A stretch of DNA of 59,916 nt from an uncultured bacterium (GTDB taxonomy: Bacteria > Verrucomicrobiota > Kiritimatiellia > RFP12 > CAIWXQ01), in the NCBI GenBank assembly GCA_903861045.1, contig CAIOST010000240.1, forward strand, positions 1-59,916. Direction: 5' to 3'. Below the pieces are notes generated by a model that was given only the letters and a program-made list of their open reading frames with translations, had not been told where the DNA came from and made no database searches. Shown here in pieces: positions 46,743-56,491 of this stretch. The stretch's first letter is position 1. Every line of letters begins with the position of its first letter. A program made the translations under genes and the position numbers.

Positions 46743-47249
46743 TCACGAAGGGCTCAGCGCGCGGCTGGCGAGCGACGATGGCAAGGGGCGGGCCGGATTG
46801 CCCGCCACCACGGCCTGCGCGGGCACATCCCGGGTGACCACACTGCCGGCGCCAACCATGGCATTTTCGCCCACCGTCACGCCGCAAAGGAGCGTGGCGC
46901 CAGAGCCAATGGAGGCCCCCCGCTGCACCCGCGTCGGCATACACGTCCAGTCCTGCTCCGTCGCCAAAGCCCCGGCGCCATTGGTGGCGTGAGGATAGCG
47001 ATCATTAATAAAAGTTACGTTGTGCCCAATAAACACATCATCCTCAATGGTCACACCTTCGCAGATGAAGGAATGGCTAGAGATCTTGCACCTTCGCCCG
47101 ATGGCCACCCCTTTCTGCACCTCTACAAAGGCACCGATCTTGGTGTCATCATCAATGGTGCAGCCATACAGATTGGTAAAGGCATGAATCTTGACGCGGG
47201 CCCCCAGTTTGACATCCGGGGCAATCAGACGTAGTTCTGAATGGTTCAT
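46743..47249 (-). CDS. hexapeptide-repeat N-acetyltransferase (WbpD-like)
   Basis: KISSHSFICEGVTIEDDVFIGH.V.FIND, GASIGSGAT, VGAGSVVTRDVP, GNPAR. Confidence 0.9.
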   Translation of the reverse strand: MNHSELRLIAPDVKLGARVKIHAFTNLYGCTIDDDTKIGAFVEVQKGVAIGRRCKISSHSFICEGVTIEDDVFIGHNVTFINDRYPHATNGAGALATEQDWTCMPTRVQRGASIGSGATLLCGVTVGENAMVGAGSVVTRDVPAQAVVAGNPARPLPSSLASRALSPS

Positions 47250-47257
47250 AAAGATCC

Positions 47258-48280
47258 TTATTCCACGATCACCACGCGGGCCCCATGCTGACGCAACGAC
47301 TCCGACGCAGCTTCGAGGATCTTGACCACACCGCCCCCCTGCTCCGCCGAGGAGATCGGCGTGGTCTGGTTCTCAATGCAATCCACGAAATGTCGGCACT
47401 CAAGCTTCAAAGGCTCTTCCTGTTTGACATAGGGCACATGGATATCCCCGTAGTAATAAGAGTAATGGAACGCCGTAAACGCATCATGACTGGGCGGTCG
47501 CTCCACCCGGTGATCATAGATGCGAATTTTGTGCATGGTCTCCAAATCATCGTAAACAATCATTTTCTTGGTGCCCACAATCGTCATTTCCCGCGTTTTG
47601 CGCGGATCCAACCAACTGCTTTGGATGGTGGCGAAGCGGCCGCTCGCAAACGACAGCGTGGTATTGCAGATATCCTCGATGCCGGGCGTCACATTGCTAT
47701 TCCCTTGGCAGTTGACGGCCGTAGGCAGCTCATCCATCAGAAACTGGATGATCGCAATATCATGCGGCGCCAAATCCCAGACCACATTGATATCCCGCTG
47801 AAAAAGGCCGAGATTCAGCCGCCGCGAACTGATGTAGAGAATCTCGCCGATCTCCCCGGCGTCTATGATCTCCTTGATTTTTCTGACATTCGGGGAGTAA
47901 AGGAAGGTATGCCCCACCATGAGCGTCAGCTTTTGTGCCTGGGCGATGGCGGATAATTCCGCGCAGTGCGCGGAGGTGGCTGCCATGGGTTTTTCGAGCA
48001 GGACGTGCTTGCCCGCCAGCAGGCACTGTTTGGCGAGTTTATAATGCTGGTTGACGGGGGTTGCGATTACCACCGCATCCATGTGCGCGGTCGTCAACAT
48101 TTCATCCAACGACGTGTAGGTGTTCAGATCCGGGTAGAGCGTCTTCATATAGAGCAGGCGCGGCTTGCTGGTATCGCATATATCCGCCAGGTGACACTCC
48201 GGAAAAGCCGGGAAGTTTCGTACCAGGTTGGGTCCCCAATACCCGCACCCCACCACGCCAACCTTTAACGTCTTTTTCAT
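47258..48280 (-). CDS. Gfo/Idh/MocA oxidoreductase (WbpB-like)
   Basis: GCGYWGPNLVRN, HVLLEKP, MVGHTF, WDLAPHD. Confidence 0.9.
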   Translation of the reverse strand: MKKTLKVGVVGCGYWGPNLVRNFPAFPECHLADICDTSKPRLLYMKTLYPDLNTYTSLDEMLTTAHMDAVVIATPVNQHYKLAKQCLLAGKHVLLEKPMAATSAHCAELSAIAQAQKLTLMVGHTFLYSPNVRKIKEIIDAGEIGEILYISSRRLNLGLFQRDINVVWDLAPHDIAIIQFLMDELPTAVNCQGNSNVTPGIEDICNTTLSFASGRFATIQSSWLDPRKTREMTIVGTKKMIVYDDLETMHKIRIYDHRVERPPSHDAFTAFHYSYYYGDIHVPYVKQEEPLKLECRHFVDCIENQTTPISSAEQGGGVVKILEAASESLRQHGARVVIVE

Positions 48281-49455
48281 GATTCTTCCTTTGCGGTAAA
48301 GCTCTCGCGCACCTGCCCCACCAGTACAGGTACCGTTCTCAGCAAGATCCACAGGTCTTGGGTGAAGGAGAGGTGCAGCGTATACGCATTGTCGAGTCGC
48401 ATCATCTCTTGAAAAGTCGTCTCATTCTTGCCGGATACCTGCCACAGCCCCGTCAAGCCGGGGTAGACGTGGAACCGGCGTTTGTGCCAGGCGTGAAACT
48501 GTTCATATTCGTAGGAGACACAGGGGCGGGGGCCGATGAGACTCATGTCGCCACGCAGCACATTAAATAACTGTGGCAGTTCATCCAGACCGGAGGCTCG
48601 TAACAGTTTGCCACCGGGAATCAAACGCGGGTCTCGCTGGTCGAGTTTATGCAGACGCTGGTTGGTCTGCATCAACGCGGCCAGATGCTGCTGGTGGGCA
48701 TGGCTGGCGGCGTTCACATGCATGGAGCGGAACTTGTAGAGCAGAAAACGCCGCCCCCGGAAGCCCACACGTTCCTGCCGAAATAATAAAGGACCGGGCG
48801 AGACGCTCTTAATCAGGATGGCAATCCCCGCCATCAGGAGGCTGAGGAGCAGGAGGGCCGACAACGCGAGGAGGATGTCCGTAAGCCGTTTCCAGCGCGG
48901 TGGCGGAGCCACGCACAGGTCATCGAGCGGCAGCAGGTTCACGGGACCCAGCGGCCATCGCGTCTGGCAAACCGTGCCATCGACGGCCGCGGTGCCTGCG
49001 CTCACGGAGGAAGAAGGCCTGCGCCACGCCAGCGGCCGAGGCGGCTCTTTCTCTGGGCGTTCCAAAGGAAACGTGTAGATATCATACGCCAGCGCCTGCG
49101 CGCGGGCCGCCAGTTTATCACCGACCTTGCGCGCCACCACGGCCGCACTGTCAGCCGGCGTGCAAGGGAGCATCACGCCTATCGTGCTGTCATCCAACCA
49201 CCCCACGACATCCACGAGACGCAAGCACTCGGCGCACACCTGACCCAGGTGCTCAGCCGCCGTTAGTCGGGTACCATCATACGGCAGGCGAAAGGCGATC
49301 ACGCTCAACCGGTGCGCATGACGCTCCGCCATGCCGCGTTCATGCGTCAGGAACGCCTTGAAGATCACCTCGGCATGGATCTTAGCCACGTCGGCGGTGC
49401 TCCCCGCTTGGGCGGGCCGTACGAGCAGTTGTACATTCTTTCGCATGACTAGCAT
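48277..49455 (-). CDS. priming sugar transferase with N-terminal degenerate GGDEF-like domain
   Basis: C-half KRLTDI, FRQERVG, KFRSM, DELPQLFNVLRGDMSLIGPRP, PGLTGLWQV; N-half LRLVDVVGWLDDSTIGVMLP. Confidence 0.88.
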   Translation of the reverse strand: MLVMRKNVQLLVRPAQAGSTADVAKIHAEVIFKAFLTHERGMAERHAHRLSVIAFRLPYDGTRLTAAEHLGQVCAECLRLVDVVGWLDDSTIGVMLPCTPADSAAVVARKVGDKLAARAQALAYDIYTFPLERPEKEPPRPLAWRRPSSSVSAGTAAVDGTVCQTRWPLGPVNLLPLDDLCVAPPPRWKRLTDILLALSALLLLSLLMAGIAILIKSVSPGPLLFRQERVGFRGRRFLLYKFRSMHVNAASHAHQQHLAALMQTNQRLHKLDQRDPRLIPGGKLLRASGLDELPQLFNVLRGDMSLIGPRPCVSYEYEQFHAWHKRRFHVYPGLTGLWQVSGKNETTFQEMMRLDNAYTLHLSFTQDLWILLRTVPVLVGQVRESFTAKEES

Positions 49456-49458
49456 GGC

Positions 49459-50064
49459 TTACCAGGAACCTGGCACAAAAACCGTATCGAATGGCCGAAG
49501 AAAGAAGGGCGCGCTCTCGCCCCGGGTCAGAATCGCATCCAGATCCAGCAAATGACTCTGTACCAGGTTTCCCTCACGCCGGAGTACGCGCACCTGGCTG
49601 CGACGCGCGCCGGCGCGCGGATCAAAGCCACCGCACTCACTGATGGCCTCCAGTACGGTCATGGGGCGTAGAAAATCCACCTTGCCCGGGCGAATGACCG
49701 CCCCCGTCACATACACCGCGGCGGAGCTGCGGGCAATCACGGTGATGGCCTTGACCTGAATCTGTTTCTCATAGAGTGCGATGAGATCCTGCTGCACCTG
49801 CATGGGTTCTTTACCGGCCACATGGATCTCGCCAAAAAGCTTGACCGCGATCTTGCCGTCTGGGCGCACTTTCTGCACGGTATTCAACTCCGGGGTAGCG
49901 AAGACGGCAATCTCGATATCGTCCCCCGGCATCAAAACCGTCGCCGTCGACAAGGGCGCGGGCGCGACGACGGGTTGCGCAGGCTTAGTCTGGCAACCGG
50001 GTGCGGTCAAGAGCGCGAGCCCCCCAACGACCGCCACAAAATAACGCAGCACACACCGAACCAT
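49459..50064 (-). CDS. wza: short polysaccharide export (Wza/OPX) lipoprotein
   Basis: Lipobox-like APGC, PES motif L.PGD.I.I.VF..PELN...VRPDGKI, VYVTGAV.RPG, SLBB; 201 aa. Confidence 0.85.
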   Translation of the reverse strand: MVRCVLRYFVAVVGGLALLTAPGCQTKPAQPVVAPAPLSTATVLMPGDDIEIAVFATPELNTVQKVRPDGKIAVKLFGEIHVAGKEPMQVQQDLIALYEKQIQVKAITVIARSSAAVYVTGAVIRPGKVDFLRPMTVLEAISECGGFDPRAGARRSQVRVLRREGNLVQSHLLDLDAILTRGESAPFFLRPFDTVFVPGSW

Positions 50065-50395
50065 AATAAACCCCCGTTTTTTGCGAAATTTCCGCAACCA
50101 CGCCGCATCCGGGCAGACTCCGTCCACGTCAATTATGCAGGTTGCTTCCCACACCGCCCGACAAAGCGCAGAATCCGCCTGCCAGGAACACCCCAAAACA
50201 CCCAGTTCTAAGAAACCCCAAATCCAACTTTATTCTGTTTGTCACGATACCTGCGCCTGCCCACTGATGCAAGCGGAATTTTTGCATGGTTCCAATTTTA
50301 TTCGTTATGCCCCCCCCATCAGGTGCGCGGACTCGCAGGGCGTGGGCCTCGCCGTCCCTGGGATGGCATGCCGAACGACTCGCCAAGCTGTTTTT

Positions 50396-50422
50396 CGTCG
50401 GGATTCTTTACGTTTTGCCAGC
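50396..50422 (+). promoter_or_regulatory. candidate PrsR enhancer (PEP-box-like)
   Basis: CGTCGGGATTCTTTACGTTTTGCCAGC; 23/27 identical to the box at 11838-11864. Confidence 0.7.
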
Positions 50423-50532
50423 GATCTCGCCGTAGCGCGAGGGTAGACCAAACATGCCAGCAGGCAGCATCTCCTTCCCGTCAAACACATTACGTGCACG
50501 CTGGCTGACAGAGCGTGGCCATCGCTACACAC

Positions 50533-50548
50533 TGGCACAACCGATGCT
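50533..50548 (+). promoter_or_regulatory. sigma-54 promoter
   Basis: TGGCACAACCGATGCT = GG-N10-GC, ~60 bp upstream of the VPDSG-CTERM gene. Confidence 0.75.
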
Positions 50549-50609
50549 CTGTAAATAGGCGGGGAAAACAGTAATGGTGTAACGAACAGGTCATCAAGGA
50601 GCCAAGACC

Positions 50610-51194
50610 ATGAAAAAGAGAAGTGTAGCGCTAGCGGGCTTAGCACTTGCCATGGTAATGCAGGCGCAAGCGGTGTTTATTCCCACGTGCATATCACCGG
50701 CCACCCATAATGAACCGGGCAAGAAAAAAGAGGTTGCTACGAGTGGGGCGGCTGCAATTATGCAGGCGTTGGCAATAACCACCACGGACGTGGGTGATCA
50801 ACTCTACCATTCGGCTGGCGGGGATGGCTTGTTCAGCCTGCAACTGGCTGTGCCACAAAGAATGAGCAGATTGCAAACCGCGCAACTCACATACACAGGC
50901 GCGGATCCGCTGCCCACCCTGACTTACATTTTGGTGAAAGCCGGGAAGGTCTGGACGATTTGGGATGCGTCAGACTGGGATGGTTCTGAAATCCAAATCG
51001 ACAATCAGGACCTGTTGTCATGCAACAAGAACGGCCAACGCCACCGAAACGGCCTCAGACTCCCGCGCATCTCGCAGTTGACCGTGTTTGGCTTCCCCAA
51101 CGCAGCGCGCGTCCCGGATGGCGGACTGACGGCCGCGCTGCTGGGCATGGCCCTGCTGGGTGTCGGCAGCCTAAAGAAAGTTCTGTGCCGGTAA
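50610..51194 (+). CDS. VPDSG-CTERM sorting domain protein (exosortase substrate)
   Basis: AAGGAG RBS, signal peptide ending AQA, C-terminus VPDGGLTAALLGMALLGVGSLKKVLCR. Confidence 0.88.
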   Translation: MKKRSVALAGLALAMVMQAQAVFIPTCISPATHNEPGKKKEVATSGAAAIMQALAITTTDVGDQLYHSAGGDGLFSLQLAVPQRMSRLQTAQLTYTGADPLPTLTYILVKAGKVWTIWDASDWDGSEIQIDNQDLLSCNKNGQRHRNGLRLPRISQLTVFGFPNAARVPDGGLTAALLGMALLGVGSLKKVLCR

Positions 51195-51215
51195 GGCGCT
51201 GCTGATCGCCATGAT

Positions 51216-51252
51216 AAACAGACGCTCCCACATGGGAGCGTCTGTTTCTTTC
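51216..51252. terminator. bidirectional intrinsic terminator
   Basis: AAACAGACGCTCCCA-CA-TGGGAGCGTCTGTTT-CTTT between convergent genes. Confidence 0.8.
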
Positions 51253-51264
51253 TGCGAACCGTGC

Positions 51265-52308
51265 CTACGACCAGTCCAGCACCACGCCCGTAAACGCCTC
51301 GGGGGCGGTCAACAGGCCTTCGTAGGCGTCTTTGACCCGGTCAGGCGCGAGACGGTGGGAGAGCAGCGGTTCAATGATCAAACGGCCCTCGGCGATCCAA
51401 TCGAAGATGATCCGCTGTTTCTCCCAGAGCGACAGGAGCGGCGGGGTCTTCCCCCCCCAAATAGAATGCACCGGATAGGCGGGCAGGCACCATTCCAGCG
51501 CGCCGCGGACGGCGATATTCCGGCAATGAATCTCGTTGAACGCCGCCGTGATATTGCCTTCCAGCGGCGAGCGGGGTGAGCCCAGCAGGATCAACTGACC
51601 GAGATCGGCTGTCAAGGACAGCGCCTGGAGCACCACCGGGGTGATACCACTGGCGTCGATGCAGATATCGGCCTGTTCCACGCCGGTCAGGCGCTTGAGC
51701 TCCGCCTTGATTCCGGCCGTCTCCCCGCCGGCGAGCGTACGCGTCAGGCCGCAACGCAGGGCCAACTGACGGCGCGCGGCCAACGGATCAATGCCCACCA
51801 CCTTGGCACCGAGCGTCCGGAACGCCTGGGCCGCCAGGTTCCCGACCATCCCGAGACCGAACACGAGCACCACGGGCTGATACTGGGAGCGGTCGGCCAT
51901 GACCATCGCGGCCGTCGCGACACCGGCCAGGCGCGAAGCCGCCGCCACCCCCGGCTCCATGCCCTCAGGCACCGCCACGACCAACGACTCCGGGCCGCAC
52001 TTGAAATGCGAGACATGCGCGCCCAAGCTGAAGACGCGCTGCCCGCGTACCACCCGTGTCACCGACGCGCCCACCGCTTCGACCACCCCCACATTGGCGT
52101 AGCCGGCGCGCCATGGATAGGCGCACCACGAACCCTTTTGGAGGGCCGACTCTTCTTTCGCCGTGTAGATCGCCAGTTCCGTCCCCGCGCTGATAAAGGA
52201 GCGCTCCGTTCTGACCAGAAACTCATCGGCACCAAGCGTTTCGTCCAGTGCAGCCGTTTGCAACTCCACCAGCCGCTTACCCACCATCACCACTTGCTTG
52301 ATCTGCAT
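51265..52308 (-). CDS. MDR-superfamily zinc-binding alcohol dehydrogenase-like protein
   Basis: SFISAGTE, YP..AGY..VG.V..VG, GLGMVG, IDASG. Confidence 0.82.
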   Translation of the reverse strand: MQIKQVVMVGKRLVELQTAALDETLGADEFLVRTERSFISAGTELAIYTAKEESALQKGSWCAYPWRAGYANVGVVEAVGASVTRVVRGQRVFSLGAHVSHFKCGPESLVVAVPEGMEPGVAAASRLAGVATAAMVMADRSQYQPVVLVFGLGMVGNLAAQAFRTLGAKVVGIDPLAARRQLALRCGLTRTLAGGETAGIKAELKRLTGVEQADICIDASGITPVVLQALSLTADLGQLILLGSPRSPLEGNITAAFNEIHCRNIAVRGALEWCLPAYPVHSIWGGKTPPLLSLWEKQRIIFDWIAEGRLIIEPLLSHRLAPDRVKDAYEGLLTAPEAFTGVVLDWS

Positions 52309-52479
52309 ACCCGCACATCTCCCCGTTACGGCGCCCAGCCATGCACGGTTGGGCGATTGTTTTAGGCCTCGCTAAGCAGAGAGATAGCAAATGGAATCGC
52401 GAAAGTCAAAGACTTGTAATGGGGCGTGTTTTGCCGCTTTGCCCGGGACGGCCAATCCGTTACACTACAGGCACTTCAT

Positions 52480-53994
52480 ATGAATGACTCCATTGAAACC
52501 GACCCGCTCGACACCGCAGATCTGGAACTCGACGCCGACATCTCGGCCGCACCGACCGGCAAGCGCCGCGTGGTGGCCATTGTCGGCCGCCCCAACGTGG
52601 GGAAGTCCGCCGTCTTCAACCGCATCGCCGGCAAACGCATCGCCATCGTGCATGACGAGGCGGGGGTCACCCGGGACCGCCTCATCGCCGAAGCAAACTG
52701 GGAAGGCGCGCGCTTCGAATTGGTGGACACCGGCGGCGTCAACCTGCTCGATGGGGCCCGCGCCCGTGATGCCATTACGGCCGGCATGCGCGCCCAAGTG
52801 GAAGCCGCGCTGGCCGACGCTGCGGTCGCCATTCTGGTCGTGGATGTGATCGCCGGCCGCACGCCGGTAGACGAAGCGGTGGCCGCCATGGTGCGGCGTA
52901 GTGGCGTCCCCTGCGTCGTAGCGGTCAACAAGTGCGACGAACCGCGCCACGAAGAGAATCTGGAAGACTTTGGTCCGCTGAACATGCCGCTCTTCCCCGT
53001 GGCCGCCCTGCACGACCGTGGTTTCGGCGACCTGATGGAACAGGTCATCCCCCACCTCCCTGCGGTAGCTAACGAAACCATGGCGCACCCACTCAAGGTG
53101 GCCATTGTGGGGCGCCCCAACGCCGGCAAGTCATCCTTCATCAACCGCCTACTGAAGAGCGAGCGCGTGATTGTCTCCGACGTGCCTGGCACCACCCGCG
53201 ATAGCATTGCCGTGCCGTTCCGCATCGGCCGTGGCGACCAGGCCCGGCAATATGTGCTGATTGACACGGCCGGCATGCGGCATGTACACAAGATTGACAA
53301 CGCCGTGGAGCGCTTCAGCCTCTTCCGCGCCGAACGCAGCGTGGCCGAAGCCGACGTAGTGGTGCTGGTGATGGACGCCGAGATCGGCCCCACCGTACAG
53401 GACAAGCACATCGCGGCGCTGATCCAGGAGCAAGAAAAAGGGTGCGTACTGGTGGTTAACAAGTGGGATCTGGCCCAGGAGAAGGATATCACCCAGACCA
53501 AAGCCGAACTCGCCCTGCGCGCCATGCTCCCCTTCCTCAAACATTGCCCCGTGGTCTTCCTCTCCGCCAAGAGCGGCTACAACATGCGCAAAAGCATTGA
53601 GGTGATTGACCATGTTGCGGCGCAGACGCGCACCCAACTACCCACCGGACTGCTCAACCGCGCCCTGACCGATGCCACGGAGCGTGTGGCCGCACCCATG
53701 ATTGGCGGCAAACGGTTCAAACTCTACTACGGCACCCAGATCGGCGTGTCGCCGATCTCCATCCGGCTCTTCGTTAATGACCCCAAGCGCATCACCAAGC
53801 CGTACGAAGATTACCTCCTGCGCTCCCTGCGCGAGCGCTTCGGCCTGGAAGGCGCCCCCATCCGTCTGCGCTTTCAGGAGCGCATCCGCCCCGAGCAACC
53901 CGGCCTGAGCGTCCCTGGCCACAGCCGCACCCCTGCCAAACAACTGCCACCACGGTATGCCCGTGTCGGCAAGAACAAGAAGCGCACCTCGTAA
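52480..53994 (+). CDS. der: ribosome biogenesis GTPase Der (EngA)
   Basis: Two G domains: GRPNVGKS/GVTRD/DTGG/NKCD and GRPNAGKSS/GTTRD/DTAG/NKWD; KH-like C-terminus. Confidence 0.95.
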   Translation: MNDSIETDPLDTADLELDADISAAPTGKRRVVAIVGRPNVGKSAVFNRIAGKRIAIVHDEAGVTRDRLIAEANWEGARFELVDTGGVNLLDGARARDAITAGMRAQVEAALADAAVAILVVDVIAGRTPVDEAVAAMVRRSGVPCVVAVNKCDEPRHEENLEDFGPLNMPLFPVAALHDRGFGDLMEQVIPHLPAVANETMAHPLKVAIVGRPNAGKSSFINRLLKSERVIVSDVPGTTRDSIAVPFRIGRGDQARQYVLIDTAGMRHVHKIDNAVERFSLFRAERSVAEADVVVLVMDAEIGPTVQDKHIAALIQEQEKGCVLVVNKWDLAQEKDITQTKAELALRAMLPFLKHCPVVFLSAKSGYNMRKSIEVIDHVAAQTRTQLPTGLLNRALTDATERVAAPMIGGKRFKLYYGTQIGVSPISIRLFVNDPKRITKPYEDYLLRSLRERFGLEGAPIRLRFQERIRPEQPGLSVPGHSRTPAKQLPPRYARVGKNKKRTS

Positions 53995-54029
53995 GCGGGA
54001 ACGCGTACACGCCCGCACAGGGGAAGACC

Positions 54030-55298
54030 ATGGTCAAACCCGGACGCAATTACTGGTTGTTGCTCACCAGTCAATTTCTCAGCGCGTTTGGCGACAATCT
54101 ACTGATCATGGTCATTCTCAGCGCCCTGACTGCGGCTCGGGCCACGGGCCAGATCACGGAACAGGCGGTCAACAACGCCAACGCCCTCTACAGCGCGCTC
54201 TTCTTCCTCCCGTTCGTGCTGCTGGCACCGCTGGCCGGTTTTCTAAACGACCGCTACCCCAAGACCACCTGGCTAACCGGCGGCAATCTGATCAAGCTGC
54301 TCGGCACGAGCCTCGGCATCACCGGCTTGCTGCTGCACCAAGATCTGCACGGTCTCAGCTACCTCATCGTGGGGATCGGCGCCTGCTGTTACTCGCCCGC
54401 CAAATATGGCATCCTGCCCGAAATTGTCCCCGCGGATCGACTGGTCAAGGCCAACGGCACCGTCGAAATGCTGACCCTCTTGGCGATCCTCGGCGGGTTG
54501 CTGGCCGGCGGCATCCTGATGGACCACCAACCCCAAACCGTCGGCTACCTCCTCGTCGCCGCCACCTACGGCCTTTCCCTGCTATGCAACGCGCTGATGA
54601 CGCGCACGCATTGCAACCCAGCGGCCGGCCTCCGATCCAGTTTCGGCGAGTTTGGCGGCAACCTGCGTCTCCTGCTGCGGCATGTACGCTTGGGGCGCAT
54701 TTTACTCGGCTGCGGCCTCTTCTGGTTCCTGGGCGCATCGCTACGAAACAATCTACAAAGCTGGGGGATGGAAGTCCTGCAACAGCTCAACGGGGTGGCG
54801 CCCACCAACGAGCAGCTCGCGCTGCTCAAGGTCTGGTTGGCCCTCGGCATCATTCTGGGGAGTGTGGCAGCCGGCCAATGCCACCGCACCGGCGACCTGC
54901 GCGGCACCCGCCCCTACGGCTGGCTGATGGCACTCTTCACCTTAGGCCTGGGCATGCTCGGCGCCACGGGGGGCCGCTGGACCATCCACAGCCTGCTGAT
55001 CCTCACGGGGATCGCGGCCGGTCTCTTCCTAGTCCCCCTGAATGCCTCGCTCCAGCATGAAAGCGATCAGACCCGCCTCGGCAAGACCATTGCCTCGCAG
55101 AACTTCGTGGACTACCTCGGCATGCTGCTCGGGGCAGGCTTCGTCTGGCTCTGTGCGCAGGCTAACCTGACTACGGACGCCGTCTTCATCGCACTGGCCG
55201 CCGCGATTGCCATCCTGGTTGTCTTTCTAAAAACGCCGCCCGAACGTGCGGCCACTGAACCTGTCGATACCGCACCCGCCCTGCCGGACCGGACATAG
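54030..55298 (+). CDS. MFS transporter, LplT (lysophospholipid transporter)-like
   Basis: SQFLSAFGDN, YSPAKYGILPE, LVKANG..E, VPLNASLQ. Confidence 0.82.
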   Translation: MVKPGRNYWLLLTSQFLSAFGDNLLIMVILSALTAARATGQITEQAVNNANALYSALFFLPFVLLAPLAGFLNDRYPKTTWLTGGNLIKLLGTSLGITGLLLHQDLHGLSYLIVGIGACCYSPAKYGILPEIVPADRLVKANGTVEMLTLLAILGGLLAGGILMDHQPQTVGYLLVAATYGLSLLCNALMTRTHCNPAAGLRSSFGEFGGNLRLLLRHVRLGRILLGCGLFWFLGASLRNNLQSWGMEVLQQLNGVAPTNEQLALLKVWLALGIILGSVAAGQCHRTGDLRGTRPYGWLMALFTLGLGMLGATGGRWTIHSLLILTGIAAGLFLVPLNASLQHESDQTRLGKTIASQNFVDYLGMLLGAGFVWLCAQANLTTDAVFIALAAAIAILVVFLKTPPERAATEPVDTAPALPDRT

Positions 55299-55312
55299 CA
55301 AAGGACAACACC

Positions 55313-56461
55313 ATGGGTTTGCCCGCGGTTTCAAACGACCCGATCCGACATCATCCGTTCTTTGCCCTGCTGCCACCGGAAGTGGTCCCAGCACTGGCGG
55401 AAACCGCCACGCGCGCGCACTACCCCGCCGACAGCGCCATCTTCCACGAGGGCGACCCCTCCGACAGTCTCTACCTAGTCCAGGAAGGCAGTGTCCGTAT
55501 CCTCAAGACCATGCTGGCCACCGATCCACCCTATATGCTGACGCGCGTGGAAGCCGGTGGTTTCTTTGGCGAATACGGGGTGCTCGACGGAAGCGTGCGC
55601 AGCGCCTCCGCCGTAGCGGCCGTGGATTCTACCCTGGCACGGATCCCACGCGCACCGTTCTTACACGCTATCCAGTCTATGTCCGGAGCCGGTGTGATGC
55701 AATTGCTGCATCATATCCTCAACGGCATCAGGGCGAGCAATGCACACTATGTGCAGGAACTGGTTCAGCGCACCCGCATGTCCGCCGTCGGTGCGTCACT
55801 CAACACCATCCTCCACGACTTCCGCAACCCCCTGGCCGTGGTCAACATCGCGGCGGGCATGCTGCGCCGACAGAGTAGCGATGCGAACGTGCACGACTCA
55901 GGTACCATCATCGAGGAACAAGTCAAGCGCATGAACGACATGGCCGAAGACATCCTCGACTTTGGCCGCGGCATCGTGCGCATGGAATGTGTGCCCACGA
56001 ATGTCCGCACCATCCAGGAACGTTTCCAACGCCTCAACCAAAACTATCTGGCGCGGAGCCGCATCACCTTGGAAGTCATCCCCTTGGATGCGTGGATCCT
56101 GGCTGACACCCAGAAAATACTGCGCGTGCTGCAAAACCTGGCCAACAACGCGGCCGAAATGCTCCCAGCCGGCACCGGACGTATCGTCATGCAGGCAACA
56201 ACGGACCAAGCATGGGTGGTGCTCTCGGTGCAAGACAATGGCCCCGGCATTCCGGCAGCCGTGCGCACACGTCTCTTCGAGCCGTTCGCCACGGCCGGCA
56301 AAACCAGCGGCATCGGCCTGGGCCTAGCCATCGTCAAATCCATCACCACGGCGCACAAAGGAACTATCCGCGTGGACACCGCCCCCGGCACGGGCACCAC
56401 CTTCCACCTGCGTTTCCCACGCAGCCTGCCCAACGGCAAGCCGTGGACGCAGGGCTCCTGA
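55313..56461 (+). CDS. soluble cNMP-binding-domain sensor histidine kinase
   Basis: FHEGD.SDSLY.V.EG.V, FFGEYG...RSAS; ILHDFRNPL, NLANNA, DNGPG, GIGLGL. Confidence 0.85.
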   Translation: MGLPAVSNDPIRHHPFFALLPPEVVPALAETATRAHYPADSAIFHEGDPSDSLYLVQEGSVRILKTMLATDPPYMLTRVEAGGFFGEYGVLDGSVRSASAVAAVDSTLARIPRAPFLHAIQSMSGAGVMQLLHHILNGIRASNAHYVQELVQRTRMSAVGASLNTILHDFRNPLAVVNIAAGMLRRQSSDANVHDSGTIIEEQVKRMNDMAEDILDFGRGIVRMECVPTNVRTIQERFQRLNQNYLARSRITLEVIPLDAWILADTQKILRVLQNLANNAAEMLPAGTGRIVMQATTDQAWVVLSVQDNGPGIPAAVRTRLFEPFATAGKTSGIGLGLAIVKSITTAHKGTIRVDTAPGTGTTFHLRFPRSLPNGKPWTQGS

Positions 56462-56491
56462 GGCCGGGGCACAGGATGCGCGCTGTGCCGC

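Noticed and set aside
2369-53570. Long antisense ORFs (e.g. 2369-3364, 8362-9336, 11952-13145, 33444-34469, 52476-53570)
   Set aside because: Shadow frames of well-supported GC-rich genes on the other strand
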